A stretch of 64,000 nucleotides of DNA from the IMG/VR virus record IMGVR_UViG_3300035228_001078. One strand, written 5' to 3'. Both the position numbers and the translations under genes were made by a program. Positions 1-8,177 of the stretch are shown piece after piece. The notes beneath the pieces are model-generated. The model worked only from the letters and a program-made list of their open reading frames with translations, did not search any database and was not told the origin of the DNA. Source of the DNA: a virus. Numbering within the stretch: position 1 is the first letter of the stretch; each line of letters opens with the position of its first letter.

Positions 1-818
1 ACTGAATTCTCATCAGTATTGACCATGGACTGTAGATTGGATTCAAAACTTTTTACAGTATCTACCTCGTCATCAGAGTAGTTATTCTCCTGTTCATAAC
101 TAGGAATATCTAGTTGTGCAGGGTCTTTAGGATCACTATCAAGTTGTTCCCAATCACCATCATCATCTGTAGATTCTTGCTGCTCATTATCTTTCTCATC
201 TACAGTCTCCTGGTTACCCGGTCCAGTAGTTTGTGGAGGGATAGGGGCAGAGACCTGTTGAGGTTCACTAGAACGCTTCAGAAAACTGCTGAGAGCTTTA
301 GCAGCATCCAGTGCATCATCGAAGGTCTCTGCTCCTGCAACTAGATCTACGATCTCCATTTCTTCTGGAGTAAATTTAATACTCAGATAAGAACCAATCT
401 TAAAATACAAGTTGATACGATCAGGAAAAGAATACTCATTAGGATCCTCTTCACCAATTTCAAAAAAGTCTTTATCGTTGAGTGTGTTGTATCCACGATA
501 GAAAGTCTTGTTAAGACCACCATACCGACGCTTCATCAGTTTTTCAATTCGAGCGTCTTCAGTGATGTTCACAAAACTTTTTGGGACATCTGACCATCTC
601 GAATCTTTGTTCCATTCGCGGTCGTCTGTGTATAAAGCGTGTCCAACTTCGTGAGCTACCAGCAGATCATAGACATCTTCGGAGTTAGTGTTCCAGATGG
701 GGAGGGTCAGTACCCTGCGAACCACATCAAACTGTGCTGTCTCCACATTGCGGTGTTCTACGATTAAGTTCTCGGTAGCGAGAAGTTTAGCAAGCTTTCC
801 TTTGATTTCTTGAAGCAT
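1..818 (-). CDS. Putative HExxH metallopeptidase / CobT-like protein (5' part only; runs off the window)
   Basis: Hand-translated from ATG at 818: MLQEIKGKLAKLLATENLIVEHRNVETAQFDVVRRVLTLPIWN...DLLVAHEVGHALYT. HEVGH is a zinc-binding motif, and the gene sits after gp46 as usual in T4-like cyanophages. Absent from the ORF track, consistent with no stop inside the window. Confidence 0.8.
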   Translation of the reverse strand, partial: MLQEIKGKLAKLLATENLIVEHRNVETAQFDVVRRVLTLPIWNTNSEDVYDLLVAHEVGHALYTDDREWNKDSRWSDVPKSFVNITEDARIEKLMKRRYGGLNKTFYRGYNTLNDKDFFEIGEEDPNEYSFPDRINLYFKIGSYLSIKFTPEEMEIVDLVAGAETFDDALDAAKALSSFLKRSSEPQQVSAPIPPQTTGPGNQETVDEKDNEQQESTDDDGDWEQLDSDPKDPAQLDIPSYEQENNYSDDEVDTVKSFESNLQSMVNTDENS

Positions 819-840
819 CAGTAGTTTGCTGTATGTGCAT

Positions 841-896
841 ATTATAAAACCCCCGATGGTGATCGAGGGTCTAGTGTGGACACTTTATAAACTGTC
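841..896 (-). promoter_or_regulatory. Early-type promoter element: dyad + stem-loop + TATAAT
   Basis: Minus strand reads GACAGTTTATAAAGTGTC (near-perfect dyad, 879-896), then hairpin ACCCTCGAT-CACC-ATCGGGGGT, then TT-TATAAT (841-846), 22 nt before the peptidase ATG. Confidence 0.6.
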
Positions 897-898
897 TA

Positions 899-2629
899 CT
901 ATCCACTAACAGAAGTTTTTTCACTCATGTAAGAGAATCCAGCTTTCTTATTAAACTCTATTACATGGTTAAACTTGTCAAGCATGTCGCTCTTGTGGGA
1001 AATAACAAAAGTATTTGAATCTTTGATTACAAATCTAATAATCTTACCAAACTCTTCAGTACCCACAGTATCTAAAGAACTATCAAACACTTCATCCAAG
1101 ATAAGCAGATTTGTATTTGCCGAGTTCTTAAACCTAGCAACTTCTCTCCAAGCGAAGAGAAGAGCTAAGTCGATTCTCATTTTTTCTCCTTCCGAAAACG
1201 ACGAGTACGAGAACTTATCTTGAATCGGATTTTTAACAGTCTCCACAAATTCTTCATCGAGTTGCAGGTTGATGTAAAAGTCCATCATCTGCAGGTATCG
1301 ATTAACTTGCTGATTAATAAAAGGTAAGTATTTTTTAATAATCTTTGTCTTAACGCCTCCGTCTTTCAGGAGAGAGTATGCAAAGTCTCTGTATTTTACT
1401 TCCTCTTTTTTATCTGCTAGTTGTTCAAAGATTTTTTGAAGATCTTCCCTAAACCCTTCTAATTTCTCGTGTTCAGAATTTCTGTTTGATAGCTGATTGG
1501 TAAAAGTTTGAATTTCGTGTTGTAGATCTCTCGCCTGCTTCTGATGTCCAGAAATTCGTAAATTGTTTTGAGAAATGCCATGCGTGAGTTTAGTAATCTC
1601 CTGAGTTGTTGTTTTTAAAAGACGCTCTTTTTCTTCTTGTAATAATATCGACTCCTCCAGTTTTTGATAACCTTCTCTGAGTTCCTTTGCTTTAGATTGA
1701 GCGTCTTCAATTTTATTTAGTCTGAAGTCTTCGTCAATCGACTGGGTGCAAGTGGGGCATACCGTATTCTGTGAGAAAAATTTATGTTCCTTTGTAATGG
1801 TAGATACTTTCTGAGAGATTTTACCTTTTAAGTTACCAAGTTCTCTAAGAGTTTTTGATGATCCTTCATAGTTTTTTAATTCTTCCTGGCACCCATTCAC
1901 CTTCTCATCAAGAGAACTATTTTCCTTAAGAAGTTTATCAATTTCAAGATCAAGAGTATTAATAGAACCTTTATTCTTCTCTATAGTAGTCTTATGTCTA
2001 TTTTCTAACTCCTCAATAAAACCTTCTTGCATCTTTACCTTTTCTTTTACAGTATCTTTCTTAAAGGTAAGATTTTTAATATTATCTTTTAGTTGTCGTA
2101 TTTCCTCTTTGACAAGATTGTTCATAGCAGAAAAGATGCGAATGTCCAATAGGTCTTCAATCACCTCTCTACGGTGAGCCTGGGACAGTTGCATGAAGGG
2201 TATGAAGTTACTGCTACCTAAGATAACAATTTGAGTAAAAGATTTATAATTTAATTTGAGAATTTGTTCTTCTAAAATTTTCTGGTTAGCTCTATCATCT
2301 GCTTCTTTATTTCTCATCTCGCCATTGATTTCGATATCAAACACATTAGGTTTGATACCTCTCCTAACAAGATAGTTTCTACTGTTAGCAGTAAACTTTA
2401 TTTCTACAAGACAACCTTTCTCATTAGTCATGTTGACCAACTGAGGTTTATTAATCTTTCTGTATGGTTTATTGAATAGCACAAAGCACAGGGCATCGAG
2501 CATAGTCGATTTCCCTGCACCATTAGTACCGATGACAAGAGTTGTAGAGGACTTGTTTAGACTAATCTCTGTCCATTGATCACCTGTAGATAAAAAGTTT
2601 TTCCAACGAACGCTTTCAAATGTTATCAT
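899..2629 (-). CDS. gp46: Recombination endonuclease subunit, Rad50/SbcC-like ATPase
   Basis: Walker A GTNGAGKST, CPTC zinc hook, FSEGEKMRIDLALLF signature, Walker B LILDEVFD; next to gp47. Confidence 0.97.
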   Translation of the reverse strand: MITFESVRWKNFLSTGDQWTEISLNKSSTTLVIGTNGAGKSTMLDALCFVLFNKPYRKINKPQLVNMTNEKGCLVEIKFTANSRNYLVRRGIKPNVFDIEINGEMRNKEADDRANQKILEEQILKLNYKSFTQIVILGSSNFIPFMQLSQAHRREVIEDLLDIRIFSAMNNLVKEEIRQLKDNIKNLTFKKDTVKEKVKMQEGFIEELENRHKTTIEKNKGSINTLDLEIDKLLKENSSLDEKVNGCQEELKNYEGSSKTLRELGNLKGKISQKVSTITKEHKFFSQNTVCPTCTQSIDEDFRLNKIEDAQSKAKELREGYQKLEESILLQEEKERLLKTTTQEITKLTHGISQNNLRISGHQKQARDLQHEIQTFTNQLSNRNSEHEKLEGFREDLQKIFEQLADKKEEVKYRDFAYSLLKDGGVKTKIIKKYLPFINQQVNRYLQMMDFYINLQLDEEFVETVKNPIQDKFSYSSFSEGEKMRIDLALLFAWREVARFKNSANTNLLILDEVFDSSLDTVGTEEFGKIIRFVIKDSNTFVISHKSDMLDKFNHVIEFNKKAGFSYMSEKTSVSG

Positions 2630-2885
2630 CTTTAGATGGAGGAATCACGATATCATCAGGCATAATGATAGTGTACTTATAATTGTACATCTCACAAGCC
2701 TTTATAGCGAGGTCTTCTTCGACCTCAAGAGTGTTCATTTTGGTGCCATGCTCATCTTCTAATTGTAGAGCATACCTAAGTGCGTCATCCTTATCCGAGA
2801 ACATGAATAAAACCTTTTCTCCATTACGATCTTTGACCGCATATGCACCTTCGGTTTTTTTATTTTCTTCTGTTAAAAGAAACAT
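2616..2885 (-). CDS. Conserved hypothetical protein (resembles cyanobacterial DUF3110)
   Basis: 89 aa, EGAYAV...VLFMFSDKDDALRYA; overlaps both gp47 and gp46. Confidence 0.7.
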   Translation of the reverse strand: MFLLTEENKKTEGAYAVKDRNGEKVLFMFSDKDDALRYALQLEDEHGTKMNTLEVEEDLAIKACEMYNYKYTIIMPDDIVIPPSKDDNI

Positions 2886-3937
2886 TACTCAAATTCGCAA
2901 GCTTTAGAGTAGAGGGAACCAAATATGTTTTTAACCTTGGATTTGTCAAGATCTACTTCAGATTCTTCAATGTATCTATGTAGAATTGATACAGTATTCT
3001 CTTCTTCTGTAACTTCAAAATCTTCAGAGTGAACCCAACCATTGTTGTAATCAAAGTTTTCTACAATCTTGAGTTCTTCAACTCCAGATGAGTAGAGTTT
3101 ATCGATAAACTTTTCAAAGTCTTTTGGTTTGGATTTTTTCTTTACGATTACTTTTACGATTTTGCCACCATATTCAGATGCATTGAAGAGTTGATGTGGC
3201 GTGTCTTCGTAATAGACATTATAGAACATTTTATATGGATTATCAACATTTGTCAACTCATATGTTTCTGGGTCGAACAAATGAAACCCTCTAGTATCAT
3301 TAACATCGTTCCAATACATCTCATAAGGATTGCCAAGATAAAAAATCTTTCCATCATCACTACGAGTATGATAGTGACCACTAAAGACTCTATCAAACTT
3401 GGATAAGACCTCTGCATCATATCCACGATCCTGAGTGAATCCACGATAAGCTGCAAACCCGTTAAGTTCTAAATGACCAACAGCAAGTTTTGCCTTACTC
3501 TTATTGATTAGTTTCATAGTCTGTTCTTCATTCTCTTTGTTAATCCAAGAGATAAAGGCAAACTTTGTTCCACCAATTACATGTTCTGCATAATCAGTGA
3601 TAGGGATAATATTATCGTACTCTCGTAAGAGTAGATCAATTGTGTTAATGCCGTTATTATTTTTGTAGTAGGCAGTATGATTGCCCACAACAGTATACAC
3701 AGTGATTCCCATATCACGGAGACGATCGTAGTAATTCTCCTTAGCCCATTTAAGAGACCAGAAGTCAATGCTCCTACGATTGTCAAAAGTGTCCCCCATA
3801 TCGATAAGAGTTGTGATACCCTCAGCAGAAAGTGTAGGAAAAAAGATGTCGTTATAGAATTTAAGAAAGTAATCATGAAATAAAATACTTCCTTTTCTCA
3901 TACCAAAATGTTGGTCAGTTATAATTCCTATTTTCAT
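2885..3937 (-). CDS. gp47: Recombination endonuclease subunit, Mre11/SbcD-like nuclease
   Basis: Metallophosphoesterase motifs DQHFG, GDTFD, GNH, GHL, SGHYH. Confidence 0.97.
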   Translation of the reverse strand: MKIGIITDQHFGMRKGSILFHDYFLKFYNDIFFPTLSAEGITTLIDMGDTFDNRRSIDFWSLKWAKENYYDRLRDMGITVYTVVGNHTAYYKNNNGINTIDLLLREYDNIIPITDYAEHVIGGTKFAFISWINKENEEQTMKLINKSKAKLAVGHLELNGFAAYRGFTQDRGYDAEVLSKFDRVFSGHYHTRSDDGKIFYLGNPYEMYWNDVNDTRGFHLFDPETYELTNVDNPYKMFYNVYYEDTPHQLFNASEYGGKIVKVIVKKKSKPKDFEKFIDKLYSSGVEELKIVENFDYNNGWVHSEDFEVTEEENTVSILHRYIEESEVDLDKSKVKNIFGSLYSKACEFE

Positions 3938-3943
3938 TATCTG

Positions 3944-4417
3944 TCATCGAGATGTTCTATAGTGAATATTATCCTTCATAGTATTATAATCACTAGTTTT
4001 TCCGTTGGCACCATCTTCAACAACCATGACCTGATCATATCCAGTTTTTTCAATGATCTTGGTTTTAATCTCTAATTGCTTTTTCTCCTTCTGAATCCTA
4101 CGAAGGAAAGCATAGTATATGATTTGAGTAAAGTAAGCAAAAGGATTAGAAGACTTTTCTGGATTAAAGTTGTGTATATATTGTACGCAGTTCTCAATTC
4201 CATCGCCAATCATATCCTCACGGAACATGTAGTTGACAAAGTTTGGTTTGTACGATAAGTGCGTAGCAATCTTCAGAAAACAATCTCCGAGGTAATTGCT
4301 GATGAGAGGAGGAGGATCACCACTTTCTTTCGCTCTAGCCACACTAGCACGATAGCGAACCATTGCATCTAGTAACTCTTTGTTATTGACATAATGGTCA
4401 GATCTCTTCTTAGGCAT
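3944..4417 (-). CDS. gp55: Late-transcription sigma factor
   Basis: HYVNNKELL...IATHLSYKPNFVNYMFREDMIGDGIENC...NPFAYFTQIIYYAFLRRIQKEKKQ is typical of gp55. Confidence 0.97.
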   Translation of the reverse strand: MPKKRSDHYVNNKELLDAMVRYRASVARAKESGDPPPLISNYLGDCFLKIATHLSYKPNFVNYMFREDMIGDGIENCVQYIHNFNPEKSSNPFAYFTQIIYYAFLRRIQKEKKQLEIKTKIIEKTGYDQVMVVEDGANGKTSDYNTMKDNIHYRTSR

Positions 4418-4439
4418 ATCGTGTTAAGTTCTTGTATAC

Positions 4440-4467
4440 ATTATAGCACAGCTTGACAACTTAGCAA
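4440..4467 (-). promoter_or_regulatory. sigma70-type promoter for gp55-gp47-gp46
   Basis: TTGCTA-N16-TATAAT with an extended -10 (TGcTATAAT), 22 nt upstream of the gp55 ATG. Confidence 0.7.
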
Positions 4468-4481
4468 ACCTTGTGTAGAAT
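4453..4481 (+). promoter_or_regulatory. Consensus-like sigma70 promoter on the antisense strand
   Basis: TTGACA (4453-4458), 17-nt spacer, TAGAAT (4476-4481). Overlaps the gp55 promoter divergently; no plus-strand gene follows. Confidence 0.6.
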
Positions 4482-4527
4482 AACTCTGTCGGAGTTCAGA
4501 AGATTGTAGCTATAAGAGCTCTATTAT

Positions 4528-4968
4528 TTAAATATGGGTAGCAATTCCTGCATTAGAATCAGATTCTATAGCAAAACATTGTTCTAGTTTTTCTTTTGCG
4601 TCGTCAACATTTCCTAAGTAACCCATTGTCTTTGTGGGTCTTACTTTTCTACTGCCTCTGGAAGTTCCGTTGGATTTGTCTTCGGCTTGTTCGATTAAAT
4701 AATTTGTATAGTATTCAACCATATCATGGTCCATTTCAACTTCTGTCATGGTTATAACTTTATCCATCTTGACAAAGTAGAAGTTGTCATCTGGGACATG
4801 CATCCATGGTTCAACTCTTACGAAAGAACCGCGAGGTCCATGAATTGTATCGATACATACTGGATCTGAAAGGATCAATGTATCTGGATGATCATCATCC
4901 GTGCATGTAATTGCAAAGATCTCTTCTCCAGAAACTAGTTTAATACTAGAGTAAAATTCTTCATTCAT
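4528..4968 (-). CDS. Conserved hypothetical protein (Sm-like N-terminus) downstream of uvsW
   Basis: IKLVSGEEIFA...LILSDPV...EPWM pattern; ATGA overlap with the uvsW stop. Confidence 0.8.
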   Translation of the reverse strand: MNEEFYSSIKLVSGEEIFAITCTDDDHPDTLILSDPVCIDTIHGPRGSFVRVEPWMHVPDDNFYFVKMDKVITMTEVEMDHDMVEYYTNYLIEQAEDKSNGTSRGSRKVRPTKTMGYLGNVDDAKEKLEQCFAIESDSNAGIATHI

Positions 4969-6437
4969 AACTTTTTCCTTAGATTGACTTTTATCAATTC
5001 ATAATTGAAGTTCTCTTCATTGTAGATTTTAATTCTTTCAACCATATGATTCAAGGTGTAATTTCTTTTTTTATTATAAGTACAATCGTCAGCAATATCG
5101 TAAAGAGTAGCACTAAATTTGTTATTGCCTTTTCTAAGAACTCTTCCGATCGATTGTAGATTACGGATCCTTGATTTTGACGGTGAGGCAAAAATTACAT
5201 TGTGTAGGTTTTTAATGTTAATGCCTGTACTGAATGTGCCATAAGAGGCAACAATGATGGAGTTTTTTTCGTTTTCAATAATAGACCTAGCTTTCTCCCG
5301 ATCCTCTACATCGACGCCACCGTGTACGAAGAAAACTTTTCTATTTTTGGTTACATTAGTATTTATCATACCGAAAAGTATCTCCCCATGATCAGCAACC
5401 CTAGAAAATAAAACTAATGTATTCCCTTTTAAGTCTATTGCTAAATTTTTAATAAAGTTATTTCGCTGTTGATGTGATATTAAATAATCTATTTCTTCTT
5501 GATAAGAAACAAACTCTCTAGGATCATGTTGCAGTAAAATAATCTTTGAATTTAACTTTGCCAAATATCCTTTATTCATTAACTCTTCAGTACGAATCAA
5601 TCTATATGATGGTCCAAACAATCCTTCCAATACCCACTTATGAGTTTGTGATCCATCAAGAGTTCCAGTAAATCCATATCGGTATTTTGCATCATGCAGC
5701 TTAGTCATGATACTAGTGAGAGACTTTGCTTTGAATAGATGTGCTTCATCTCCAATAACACAGTTAAATCTTTCAAAATAACTCTTCTCAAGTTTATAGA
5801 TAGATTGCCAGGTTGTAATCACCACTGGTGCTTTTGCCTCGCGTTCTTTACCAGCATAGATTTTCTGGCAAAATGAATCTGCATTCCAACCATAATCCTC
5901 AAAGTCCTTATGCATCTGCTCTACTAGCGATGTCGTCGGAACAATTAAAAGAGTATTTTCTTTGCGCTCTGTATGGTATCTCACGATTGCGTAAATCATC
6001 AGGGACTTACCAGATGCAGTCGGACTTATCACTAACCTTCTATTGTGTCTTAGAGCATCATATACTCCCGCTAATTGGTAGTCCCGAGGAGGATGCTTAG
6101 AAATAGCAGTCATATAATCTTTTATCCCTTCAGGCGAGATAAAATCATTCTGCTCGTATGGAGTTCCGTAATATTTGTTATCTATAAATTTATATTCATA
6201 ATTATATCTTTGACAAAAAGATACAAGCTTGTCAAGCAATCCAACATACAACTCTCTTGTATGTGTAGAAAACAATCGTATCTTTCCATCCCAATATCGT
6301 TTTCGATACTGGTTCATATACTTTGCGCCTTCAATATCAAAAGAGAAGTGTTCTGACAACTCCTGGTATACATGCGGTTCAGACTCAATTTTTAGGAAGA
6401 CTTCGTTCTTCTTTGATATAAGGACTTCTGTCATCAA
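4965..6437 (-). CDS. uvsW: SF2 RNA-DNA/DNA helicase UvsW
   Basis: PRDYQ, SPTASGKS, DEAH, GFTGT, STGINIKNLHNVIFASPSKSRIRNLQSIGRVLR. Confidence 0.96.
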   Translation of the reverse strand: MMTEVLISKKNEVFLKIESEPHVYQELSEHFSFDIEGAKYMNQYRKRYWDGKIRLFSTHTRELYVGLLDKLVSFCQRYNYEYKFIDNKYYGTPYEQNDFISPEGIKDYMTAISKHPPRDYQLAGVYDALRHNRRLVISPTASGKSLMIYAIVRYHTERKENTLLIVPTTSLVEQMHKDFEDYGWNADSFCQKIYAGKEREAKAPVVITTWQSIYKLEKSYFERFNCVIGDEAHLFKAKSLTSIMTKLHDAKYRYGFTGTLDGSQTHKWVLEGLFGPSYRLIRTEELMNKGYLAKLNSKIILLQHDPREFVSYQEEIDYLISHQQRNNFIKNLAIDLKGNTLVLFSRVADHGEILFGMINTNVTKNRKVFFVHGGVDVEDREKARSIIENEKNSIIVASYGTFSTGINIKNLHNVIFASPSKSRIRNLQSIGRVLRKGNNKFSATLYDIADDCTYNKKRNYTLNHMVERIKIYNEENFNYELIKVNLRKKL

Positions 6438-6859
6438 CCTGCCCTAAAGACACGCCAGTCAATAATGTTTTTAATCATGTAACTCCGGTTGTTCACTTGT
6501 TTAATAATGTCTTCTAGGTATGTCAGCATGACATCGTAATATCTTATCTTTAAGACAATTTGTTGCACACGCTCGTCAGCTCCCATGTATCTCTGGAGAG
6601 CTTCTTTTTCTCTTACTTTGTATGGGAAAGGATTTTTTTCATATACTTCTGGTTCTGCTTTACCAGTGTAATATGAATGTCTTTCTAATTTTACTCTTGA
6701 TTCATTCGAGTAAGCTCTTTCTCTCAACAACTTGATGTTGTTGTATAACTCAAAATACTTTGCATGTAAAGATGGAATTTTAGATGCTTCGTCATGTAAA
6801 TTATCTTGGTCAATCTGTGCGTCTTTGACCCACATACTTTGTATAGTTTCAAGATCCAT
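6434..6859 (-). CDS. uvsY: Recombination mediator UvsY
   Basis: KIPSLHAKY...YYTGKA...IKNIIDW; synteny gp3-uvsY-uvsW. Confidence 0.9.
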   Translation of the reverse strand: MDLETIQSMWVKDAQIDQDNLHDEASKIPSLHAKYFELYNNIKLLRERAYSNESRVKLERHSYYTGKAEPEVYEKNPFPYKVREKEALQRYMGADERVQQIVLKIRYYDVMLTYLEDIIKQVNNRSYMIKNIIDWRVFRAG

Positions 6860-6862
6860 AAA

Positions 6863-7399
6863 TTAGGTTTCCACTTCAATAGTGTAAATTAAATACTTAA
6901 ATGTTGCGGTTGCTGTAAAGTATGTATAATCCTGATCTGTCGCTGTAAATTCTAGTGCTGATAAGGCAGTTGGATATAAATCTTTGAATTTCACTCTTGC
7001 ACTAACATTAAAATTACTATTCAATATTGCAAGAGTTCCGTCACAAAATTGTTCGTTAGGATCTTTTAATCCATCTTCCTTAGTAATAAGATCTTGAAAC
7101 TCTTCGACACTATTAGGGTAACCCAGTCCATAGATCCAAGTATGGATAGACAGGTAGTTTTCTAAATCTTCATCTACAATAAATTGGATTGTTAAATCTT
7201 CAAACTCAATGTTGTCTCCAGGAACATCAATTGCTTTAAGATAGTTTGCTACTTTAATTCCACCTAAAGTAATGCCTGGTATCTTCGCACTGTTGGAGAA
7301 GAAATCAACCTTAGGAGTTTTTGTTAAATTAAATTTAAATCCAACAGGCGATAGATAATTTTTATTCTCTACCTGTTTGCTGAGAAAATTGTAAGACAT
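6863..7399 (-). CDS. gp3: Tail tube terminator / head-proximal tail tip protein
   Basis: NYLSPVGFKF...PKVDFF...IPGITLG...PGDNIEFEDL...FIVDEDLENY...FKDLYPTALS. Confidence 0.88.
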   Translation of the reverse strand: MSYNFLSKQVENKNYLSPVGFKFNLTKTPKVDFFSNSAKIPGITLGGIKVANYLKAIDVPGDNIEFEDLTIQFIVDEDLENYLSIHTWIYGLGYPNSVEEFQDLITKEDGLKDPNEQFCDGTLAILNSNFNVSARVKFKDLYPTALSALEFTATDQDYTYFTATATFKYLIYTIEVET

Positions 7400-7587
7400 T
7401 ATATGCTCATGGTATTATTAGTTTTAAGTGGTCCTTGTGGAGGGACTATTGGCATATTATATTTCCTATAGTTCGTATCTATAGGAGCAAATTTTAAATG
7501 ATATTTTTTCTTTCCAGTGGGTTTTATCTTATGTGACTCTCGTTCAGCTCTACTGTAAGCTTCTAAGCAAAAATCTTTGAATGTCAT
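7399..7587 (-). CDS. Small basic hypothetical protein (62 aa) with a capsid-targeting-like N-terminus
   Basis: Start moved to ATG 7587 (MTFKDFCLEAYSRAE...), 1 nt after the upstream ORF's stop; its own stop overlaps the gp3 ATG. Confidence 0.65.
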   Translation of the reverse strand: MTFKDFCLEAYSRAERESHKIKPTGKKKYHLKFAPIDTNYRKYNMPIVPPQGPLKTNNTMSI

Positions 7588-7588
7588 T

Positions 7589-7762
7589 TTACTTTCCTTG
7601 ATAGAAGAATGGGTCGGATGGCTTTCTTGGATTTCTACCAAACTGTTTCTTCACCCAATCAGGTGTTTTCTTTTCAGGTTTGGGCAACTCTTTTTTAACC
7701 TCTGTGGGTTTCAATCCAGGAATCTTATAGTAATCTTCAAAAAACTGTCTTAAAGATTTCAT
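7589..7762 (-). CDS. Small basic hypothetical protein (57 aa) with a capsid-targeting-like N-terminus
   Basis: Hand-translated MKSLRQFFEDYYKIPGLKPTEVKKELPKPEKKTPDWVKKQFGRNPRKPSDPFFYQGK*; late-promoter-like CTAAATA 12 nt upstream. Confidence 0.7.
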   Translation of the reverse strand: MKSLRQFFEDYYKIPGLKPTEVKKELPKPEKKTPDWVKKQFGRNPRKPSDPFFYQGK

Positions 7763-7774
7763 CGACTTTTTAAA

Positions 7775-7781
7775 TATTTAG
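7775..7781 (-). promoter_or_regulatory. T4-type late promoter (CTAAATA)
   Basis: TAAATA core directly after a terminator and before ORF 7589-7762. Confidence 0.6.
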
Positions 7782-7809
7782 ACAAAAAAAGAGACCCTTT
7801 CGGGTCTCT
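7782..7809 (-). terminator. Rho-independent terminator (copy 1 of an identical 28-bp pair)
   Basis: AGAGACCC-GAAA-GGGTCTCT followed by a T run. Confidence 0.88.
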
Positions 7810-7838
7810 CACTTCCTTCACACGGAAACTACATTATA

Positions 7839-8015
7839 TCACATAAGAACTTCTTTACAAATCCTTTTGCATTCTGGGGCACTTAGTGAACTGCATTCAA
7901 TTAGACACTCATAATAATCATTTAATTTTTCTTGTTCCTCTACGGCAAAATCATCAACTGGACTTTCTACAATTTTCCATTCGTTGAGTTGAGCCATTGA
8001 TAGTAGATTGTGCAT
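7839..8015 (-). CDS. Small twin-CX3C protein (58 aa)
   Basis: Hand-translated MHNLLSMAQLNEWKIVESPVDDFAVEEQEKLNDYYECLIECSSLSAPECKRICKEVLM*; SD-like AAGGTGA; has its own promoter and terminator. Confidence 0.78.
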   Translation of the reverse strand: MHNLLSMAQLNEWKIVESPVDDFAVEEQEKLNDYYECLIECSSLSAPECKRICKEVLM

Positions 8016-8081
8016 TTAATCACCTTGATTATTGAATATAATATAGAAGTTTCAGATCATGGTAGTAGTTTATTCTGTTTC

Positions 8082-8088
8082 TATTTAG
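8082..8088 (-). promoter_or_regulatory. T4-type late promoter (CTAAATA)
   Basis: Lies between the gp23 terminator and ORF 7839-8015; preceded by the dyad GTTAGC-ATAC-GCTGAC. Confidence 0.55.
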
Positions 8089-8126
8089 TCAGCGTATGCT
8101 AACTTAATGAAGTAAATTAAATACAC

Positions 8127-8154
8127 ACAAAAAAAGAGACCCTTTCGGGTCTCT
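8127..8154 (-). terminator. Rho-independent terminator of gp23 (copy 2 of the identical pair)
   Basis: Same AGAGACCC-GAAA-GGGTCTCT + T run, 23 nt after the gp23 stop. Confidence 0.9.
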
Positions 8155-8177
8155 GTGTTAAGTATGTGAAATATAAA

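Noticed and set aside
7588-7641. ORF-track start for the 80-aa ORF 7399-7641
   Set aside because: It overlaps the better-supported ORF 7589-7762; ATG 7587 gives a coupled start.
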